NCBI GenBank assembly: GCA_965223545.1
Contig: OZ245006.1
Coordinates: 1,376,001 to 1,440,000 of the forward strand
Length of the DNA stretch: 64,000 bases
From: Planctomycetota bacterium
GTDB taxonomy: Bacteria; Planctomycetota; UBA1135; UBA2386
Direction: 5' to 3'
Shown here: in pieces, positions 57,948 to 64,000 of the stretch
How positions within the stretch are numbered: position 1 is the first letter of the stretch
Layout of the letters: the number at the start of each line of letters is the position of its first letter
Notes under the pieces: model-generated
The model's input: the letters and a program-made list of their open reading frames with translations, nothing else
Database searches by the model: none
Told to the model about the DNA's origin: nothing
Program-made: the position numbers and the translations under genes

Positions 57948-60106
57948 CGCAGCACGACCCAGTCGACGTCCGAGCGGGCTGCCAAGACAGCGGCTCCGTT
58001 GGGGACGGCCTCGAAGTAGAACGCGCACCGACACTCGCTCGCCAACCGCACCGCGTACCGCAACAGATGGGCCTGCTCTGCACCGAGATGCACGGGCTCG
58101 CCCGGCGTGACCCGCTGCACGATGCCGGTCGCGGGCGCCAGCAACACCAACCGCAGATCCCCGCGGCCATTCCAGGTCGGCGCCCGCAGCTGCGTCCCGA
58201 GGGCTTCGATCGCCACGGTGCGCCCCGCCAGGCGCTGGGGCAGCGCCAGGACCGGGAGTCGTCCCCGCACCGCCGCGGCGCGCACCGCGCCGCCGGCGTC
58301 GAGCTCGACCTCGAGCCCGACGACGTCGGAACCGGCGAGGGCACCCGACATCAGCTCGAGCGAGTGGCTCGCGTCGATCTCGTAGCGCGTGGTCCCGCCA
58401 ACGCTCGCTCCCGCGGCGAACCCGACCCACGGACTTTCGCCGGCCTCGAACAGCCAGCGCAGACGCCCGCCCGCTGGCCCGTCGAGCCCCTCGATCTCGA
58501 GCTGGAGGGCTTCGAGGTGCCAAGGGCTGCGCGCTGTCCGCAGCAGCCATCGCCCTCCTTCAGGGCCCGTTCGAGTGAGCGCTTCCGGCACCGCATCGAG
58601 TGCCGCCGGAGCGGACTCCGGTACCGGCATCGGCTGCCACGCACCCACCCACGACAGCAAGTCCACGCCCTCCCGGCGCAGCGCCCGCATCGGCGCCGCG
58701 TCTTGGTGCAACGCCATCGACACCGACAGCGGCGCGACGACGAACCCGAGACCGAGCACGGGTTGCGCGGGGGGCCGCCCCGGCGCCTCGAACACCGTGC
58801 TCCACGCCGTCGGGTGGGCGGGCCCCGGCACCCCGAATCCCTCCGGCATACTCAAGATCGCGCTCGGCCGTTGGCTCCCCTCCTGCCAAGCCGCCAGTCG
58901 ATCGCGCGCCTTCTGCTGCGCGCCCCACGCCACCTCGTACCGGCTGAGAATCAGGCTGCGCGCCGGTGCCCAAACCAACGGCAACGCCAGCGGCAACGCG
59001 ATGCCGACCGCCCGCCACCACCGCGCCCGCGGCGCGAGCCCCAAAGCGCACGCCGACAGCGCGAGCCACGGCACCGCCCCGTACACCATCCGCGCCCCGA
59101 CCCACCCGGCATCGATGGACGCTGCGAACGAGGGCGCAAAGTGCGCGCCGATCCCCAGCACCGCCACGCCGAGCACGAGGCGGGCACGGCGCGGAGCCGA
59201 CACCACCGCGAGAACAAAGAGCACGCCGAGACCGAGCGCCGGGCCGAGCACGAGGACCGCGCTCTGGCCGGCGGACGCGATCGGCGCCACCAGGAACGCC
59301 GCCTTGTCCATCGCCGCGGCACCCCAAGCGGAGGGATCGTCGGCCTGCAGGCCGAACGCGGGCCCGACGAAGCTACCGAGCAGCCAAACGCGCCACGCCG
59401 CGTAGCCGACCCAGAGCGGCACGAACGGCAAGTGCAACCGCAGCCGCGCCCGCCAAGGCCGCCGCGGTGCGTCGAGCACGTCGACCAAGAGCATGAGCAC
59501 GGGTATGCAGAACGCCGACTCCTTGCTGGCGAGCGCTGCTGCCGCGCACCCCGCGGTGGCGACCGACCACGCCTTCTGCCCGGTGCGCAGCCGCGCGGCG
59601 AAGCACAGGAGCGCGGCCATGCGGAACATCACTTCGAGACTGCTGACGCGCGCGGAGAGCCACGCCACTGGCTCGACCGCCGCCGGGTGCAAGGCGAACA
59701 ACAACCCGCCGATGAGCGCCGCCCACGCCGGCCGCCAAGGACACAGCCGTGCACAGAACAGACCGACCAGCCCAGTGATGATCGCGTGCACGCCGACGCT
59801 CACCGCGTAGAACGCCGCACTTCCCCCATCGGAAATCGCGTAGCACAGCGCCAACGCCAAGCTCACCAGCGGGCGCCAGTAGCGCGCCTCGCCCAACCAC
59901 GGCCGGTAGAACTCCTCGCCCACCCGCGCCCAGTCGACCCGCACGCCGTCGTTCTGGCCCGGCACCAACAGCTGTCGGAACAGCAGATCATCGGCGTAGA
60001 ACTCGCCGGCGCCGACCACCGGCGCGTAGATCACCGCAGCGACGACCGCGGTCAGAGCCGAGATCAGCAACGGCCCGGTGGCGGTGCTTGGTGTGGGTCG
60101 GCGCAC
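57944..60106 (-). CDS. Polytopic membrane protein, GT-C (PMT/ArnT-like) glycosyltransferase candidate
   Basis: FYADD, YWRPL, LFALHPAAVEPVAW, ALASKESA motifs. Confidence 0.75.
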   Translation of the reverse strand: MRRPTPSTATGPLLISALTAVVAAVIYAPVVGAGEFYADDLLFRQLLVPGQNDGVRVDWARVGEEFYRPWLGEARYWRPLVSLALALCYAISDGGSAAFYAVSVGVHAIITGLVGLFCARLCPWRPAWAALIGGLLFALHPAAVEPVAWLSARVSSLEVMFRMAALLCFAARLRTGQKAWSVATAGCAAAALASKESAFCIPVLMLLVDVLDAPRRPWRARLRLHLPFVPLWVGYAAWRVWLLGSFVGPAFGLQADDPSAWGAAAMDKAAFLVAPIASAGQSAVLVLGPALGLGVLFVLAVVSAPRRARLVLGVAVLGIGAHFAPSFAASIDAGWVGARMVYGAVPWLALSACALGLAPRARWWRAVGIALPLALPLVWAPARSLILSRYEVAWGAQQKARDRLAAWQEGSQRPSAILSMPEGFGVPGPAHPTAWSTVFEAPGRPPAQPVLGLGFVVAPLSVSMALHQDAAPMRALRREGVDLLSWVGAWQPMPVPESAPAALDAVPEALTRTGPEGGRWLLRTARSPWHLEALQLEIEGLDGPAGGRLRWLFEAGESPWVGFAAGASVGGTTRYEIDASHSLELMSGALAGSDVVGLEVELDAGGAVRAAAVRGRLPVLALPQRLAGRTVAIEALGTQLRAPTWNGRGDLRLVLLAPATGIVQRVTPGEPVHLGAEQAHLLRYAVRLASECRCAFYFEAVPNGAAVLAARSDVDWVVLR

Positions 60107-60225
60107 GGGATCGAGACCCTAGCGGGTGCTCCCCCTCTCGCCCGCTCTGGTCTGCCGCAATTCGACCCGGAGAAAAAACCGAGGTCTTTGGCCGCTGACA
60201 GCACCGCCCCTGCGCATTCGACGAC

Positions 60226-61605
60226 ATGTCATCCCAGCGCGCTCTCACCGTCGTCCTGCTCGCGGCCTCCGCGACCGCCCAGGAGTGGCAGCAACTCCAG
60301 CCCAATGCGAGCCCGCCTCCGCGCGAGCAACACTCCACGGCGTGGGATGAAGGCCGCCAGTGCGTCGTCCTGTTCGGCGGCTTCGACTGGAGCCCCAACC
60401 TCTACTACGGCGATCACTGGGAGTTCGACGGGGCAACGTGGAAACAGCGGCCCCTGACCGTGGCCCCGTCTCCGCGCAGCCGGGCCGCCATGTGCTACGA
60501 CAGCCGCCGCGGCGTCACGGTCCTGTTCGGCGGCACCTTCCAGGGCTCGATCTTCGGCAACCCGGTCTACTACGCCGACACCTGGGAGTTCGACGGCCAG
60601 AGCTGGCGGCCGATCCCGATCGCCGGCCCCTCGGCGCGGATCACCAGCATGGTCTACGACGAGGCGCGGGGGGTCGTCGTGATGATGGGCGGCAACGGCG
60701 GCGGGCCGATGCTCGCCGATACGTGGGAGTACGACGGCGTGGCTTGGACGCGGCGCGCACCCGCGCTGAACCCGCCGGCACGCCCCGACTACAGCTTGGC
60801 GTACGACGCGCGCCGCCGTTGCGTGGTCGCCCAGCCCGGCTGGATCTGGGGGCACTCGACGGTGATGGAGACGTGGGAGTGGAACGGCCAGACGTGGGCG
60901 CGCAGCGCGGCGCAGACGCTGCCGCCTCCGTTCACGCAGCCGGCGATGACCTACGACCGGCGCCGTGGCGTGACGGTGTTGGTCGGCGCAACCGCGATGA
61001 TACCGGCGCAGACCTGGGAGTACGACGGCGTCGACTGGCAACACGTCCCGACGGCGACCGTTCCGTCCAACAGCCTGACCGGCCACTCCCTCACCGAGGA
61101 CCGCCGCCGCGGCACGCTGATTCGCTTCGGTGGTGACCAGGTCGAGGGGCCGTTCTTGGTCAGCAGCGATGAGACCTGGGAGTACACGGTGCTGGCGCGC
61201 TACGACAAGTTCGGCACCGGCTGTGGCCCGACCACGCGCACCCCGGCGCTCGCCGCCGCCGCCGGCAGCGCCCCGGCGCTCGGCGCGGTGTTCACCGCCG
61301 AGCTGACCGACCTGCCCAACAACAGCCAGGCTCTGTTACTGCTCGGGGGCAGCCGAACGGCGTGGCACGGCCTGCCGCTGCCCGCCTCCCTGGCGCCGGC
61401 GGGGTTGCCGGGCTGTGAACTGCTAGTTGCCGCCGACCTGGTGACACCACTGGCGACGGCAGGCGGGCGCGCACAGTGGTCGGTCCCGATCCCGTCCGCG
61501 CCAAGTCTGTTGGGTGCCCGCTTCTACAACCAGGGGTTGGCCGTCGACAACGGGCTACAGTTGGTGGCCGTGACCAACGGCGCGGCAGCGACGGTAGGCC
61601 ACTGA
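60226..61605 (+). CDS. Secreted kelch-like beta-propeller protein with C-terminal shared domain
   Basis: Signal peptide; six YDxRRxxxVLFGG...DTWEYDG-type repeats. Confidence 0.88.
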   Translation: MSSQRALTVVLLAASATAQEWQQLQPNASPPPREQHSTAWDEGRQCVVLFGGFDWSPNLYYGDHWEFDGATWKQRPLTVAPSPRSRAAMCYDSRRGVTVLFGGTFQGSIFGNPVYYADTWEFDGQSWRPIPIAGPSARITSMVYDEARGVVVMMGGNGGGPMLADTWEYDGVAWTRRAPALNPPARPDYSLAYDARRRCVVAQPGWIWGHSTVMETWEWNGQTWARSAAQTLPPPFTQPAMTYDRRRGVTVLVGATAMIPAQTWEYDGVDWQHVPTATVPSNSLTGHSLTEDRRRGTLIRFGGDQVEGPFLVSSDETWEYTVLARYDKFGTGCGPTTRTPALAAAAGSAPALGAVFTAELTDLPNNSQALLLLGGSRTAWHGLPLPASLAPAGLPGCELLVAADLVTPLATAGGRAQWSVPIPSAPSLLGARFYNQGLAVDNGLQLVAVTNGAAATVGH

Positions 61606-61677
61606 CGACACCAAGGCCGGTCCTCGGCGGCGCGGGAGCACTTCGGCACCGGATGCCAGGGTGGCCCGTGTCGCTTC

Positions 61678-62106
61678 TCAGCGCGCGCCGACCGCGCGCG
61701 TGAACACCCACAGGGGCCCCACCAGCAGGTGCTCGACGTTGCGGTGAAACGCCGGTTGGTTGCGCTCGAACACCAGGTGCCCGGCGTACTGCAGCACCCA
61801 ACCGACCGCGAACGCCACCGCGAGCAGCAGCGACGGCAACCAACCTCCCAGCGCGCGCAGGCCCAGGGCGATGAGCGCCAGCGGCAGTCCGAGCCGCCAG
61901 TCGAGGCGCACGTAGTAGTAGCCGGCGGCGAGCGCCGCGACGGTGCCGAGATCGAGTCCGAGCGGCAATGGCACGCGCCCGAGAAGGCCGAGGATCGACA
62001 CCGCCAACAACGGGATCCCGATCGCGTGCGTGGTCTTGTTGGCCCGCACGCGATGGTCCGCTTCGTAGTCCTCGAGCCGCGCTCGCGCCGCCGGCGAAAC
62101 CGCCAT
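61678..62106 (-). CDS. DUF962/Mpo1-like membrane protein
   Basis: YEADH...N...HAIGIP, GWVLQYAGH..FERNQPAF. Confidence 0.9.
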   Translation of the reverse strand: MAVSPAARARLEDYEADHRVRANKTTHAIGIPLLAVSILGLLGRVPLPLGLDLGTVAALAAGYYYVRLDWRLGLPLALIALGLRALGGWLPSLLLAVAFAVGWVLQYAGHLVFERNQPAFHRNVEHLLVGPLWVFTRAVGAR

Positions 62107-62207
62107 TCCAGCATGCTACGCGCAACGCCGGGTCGGGAGAACTGGGTGTACACAACAGGCGCCGGAGCTGCGACGATGGGCCGCACCGTCCGTCTGAGAC
62201 CCCGCCA

Positions 62208-62489
62208 ATGAAGCTGACCGCCCCCTCCCGTCTCGCGGCGACCGCCGCCCTGTTGGCCTGCTCGGCAGGCTGCGTCTGCGACCCGCCGCACCGCCGCACC
62301 GCGCCGATGCACTCCCCCACCCCGCCCCGGGCCGACGTGCGCGCCGCGGCCGAGGCCATCGACCGCGCCGACCACCTCCTGAAGGACGGCTTGCGGCGCT
62401 TGGAGCAAGCGACGCGCGCACTGCGCGCGATGAGTGCCGAATGCGCGTCCCCGGCGGCTGCGACGCGCGGCCGTTGGGTCGACGCCTGA
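62208..62489 (+). CDS. Small hypothetical lipoprotein
   Basis: MKLTAPSRLAATAALLACSAGC signal, then an amphipathic helix. Confidence 0.45.
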   Translation: MKLTAPSRLAATAALLACSAGCVCDPPHRRTAPMHSPTPPRADVRAAAEAIDRADHLLKDGLRRLEQATRALRAMSAECASPAAATRGRWVDA

Positions 62490-62606
62490 CACGCCGGCCG
62501 CGCGCGGCAACGCGGTACGAGTCTTTGTCGCGGATTTGATCGACCATCGCCGAGCCGCCAGACGGGTTCCTTCCATCGCCTTGCTCCAAGGAAACAGGAA
62601 CCCCAG

Positions 62607-64000
62607 ATGATGAAGCTCCTCCGCGGGGCGGGCTGGGCGGCGGCCGCAATCGCGCTCGCCGCCACCGCTCCCGCACAGGGCCGCGACAAAGCCGCCCACA
62701 TCCTGCGTCGCATCACGTTCGGGCCGACGCCCGCACTGGTCGAGCAACTCGCGGCCAGCCAGTCCGCGGTCGACGCGTATTTGAACGCGCAGCTGAATCC
62801 GCAGCCCGAGAACCAGGTCACCACCAACCTGCTTGCCCTCGTCCCCACACCCCCGACGAACCTGCAGGAGTTGCGACAGCACCAGGTGATTCGGGCGACG
62901 TTCAGCGACAACCAGCTGCGCGAGGTCATGACCTACTTCTGGGAGCGGCACCTCAACACCAACTACCTCAGCGTCAACTCGACCGTCAACTCGACGGTGT
63001 TCGGCGGTACCGAAGCCGACACGGCACGGATCGAGTGGGAAGAGCACGACCTGCTGCGCAACGAGGCGCTGGGCACCTTCTATCAGCTGCTGCGCATCAG
63101 CGCGGGCTACGACACGGGGGCTGCGTTCTGGGTCGGCGGTTCCTCGATGCGGATCTACCTGAACCTGTGGAACAGCCGGTGTCCGAACAACTCCGGGACA
63201 CCGAACGAGGACTACGCGCGCGAGCTCCTCGAGCTCCACACCGTAGGTCCGGTCGATCTCGAGAACCAACCCAACTACGTCCACAGCGACATCGAGGCCG
63301 TCGCGGACATCTTCTCCGGGTGGACCGTCGACTACTCGGACCCGATGAACGCAGCGACGTTCCTCAAGTCGTACTTCGACGCAGCCAACCACTGCACGAA
63401 CTCGCCGACCTTCACCGGCACCGCAGTGCAGAGCATCTCGATCACATCGTCGGGAGCCGCGCAGGGTGACGATCTGCTGTGGCAGTTGTCCAACCTCGAC
63501 GCCACCAAGCTGTTCGTCTGCCGCAAGCTGATCAACTTCTTCCTGCGCGAAGACGCCGATCGGCAGTTCATCGACTTCACGGTGAGCCCGCCGGTGCCCA
63601 AGCCGGGCCAGATGCTCGACAACTGCATCCAGGCGTGGGGTAGCAGCGGCGGCGACATCACCGCCGTGCTGAGCGCGATCTTCGCCGACAACTCGTTCCA
63701 AAACAGCGACGACTACCGCTGGTCGGGCATCAAGATGCCGATCGAGCTCGTCGTCGGCCAGGTGCGCGCGACCTACATCGACGACGACCTGTCATTCCCC
63801 CGCGGTGGCGCCTCGGGAACACCGGACAGCGATGCCGAACGCCTTGACGGCGTCGACGCGATGATCACGTCGATCGATCGCTTGGGTCAGGACCTGTTCA
63901 CGTATCCGGCTCCGGACGGCTACTCCGCCGCCGCCTTGGACCAGCCCGGCAGCCAGAAGTACATCGACGTGATCGACGACGTCCTCGGACTCTACGAGGA
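62607..64000 (+). CDS. DUF1800-family secreted protein, 3'-truncated by window edge (missing from the ORF track)
   Basis: AAHILRRITFGP, QLREVMTYFWERH, PNEDYARELLELHTVG; signal peptide; AGGA SD. Confidence 0.88.
   Translation, partial: MMKLLRGAGWAAAAIALAATAPAQGRDKAAHILRRITFGPTPALVEQLAASQSAVDAYLNAQLNPQPENQVTTNLLALVPTPPTNLQELRQHQVIRATFSDNQLREVMTYFWERHLNTNYLSVNSTVNSTVFGGTEADTARIEWEEHDLLRNEALGTFYQLLRISAGYDTGAAFWVGGSSMRIYLNLWNSRCPNNSGTPNEDYARELLELHTVGPVDLENQPNYVHSDIEAVADIFSGWTVDYSDPMNAATFLKSYFDAANHCTNSPTFTGTAVQSISITSSGAAQGDDLLWQLSNLDATKLFVCRKLINFFLREDADRQFIDFTVSPPVPKPGQMLDNCIQAWGSSGGDITAVLSAIFADNSFQNSDDYRWSGIKMPIELVVGQVRATYIDDDLSFPRGGASGTPDSDAERLDGVDAMITSIDRLGQDLFTYPAPDGYSAAALDQPGSQKYIDVIDDVLGLYE

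Overview
High-GC bacterial chromosomal segment, most likely from a Planctomycetota-type genome. That assignment is inference from TIGR02999-like ECF sigma factors, FG-GAP, kelch, SBBP and DUF1800 secreted proteins, and an extended RpsB. The window carries an AtuA/phosphotransacetylase operon end, nadE, tRNA-Lys and the rpsB-tsf-pyrH-frr block, a diguanylate cyclase, and a glycosyltransferase cluster (~33.4-45.5 kb). It also has gph, trkH, a LOG-family gene, a PepX-like peptidase and several large secreted beta-propeller proteins. The most notable observations are: (1) an NHEJ locus (25.0-31.7 kb) with Ku, an intact stand-alone ATP ligase, a BRCT-MerR-HTH-TPR protein, an ECF sigma and a LigD whose ligase domain has lost its catalytic motifs; (2) a shared ~130-aa C-terminal domain on four, possibly six, otherwise unrelated secreted proteins, a candidate lineage-specific sorting signal; (3) a dispersed, modular ~200-bp intergenic repeat family at three loci; (4) a perfect 48-bp-arm palindrome of REP-like units. 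Two genes carry apparent lesions (an in-frame TAG in the pterin dehydratase and a frameshift in an MscS/YbdG gene). All functional calls come from motif recognition by eye; no searches were run.
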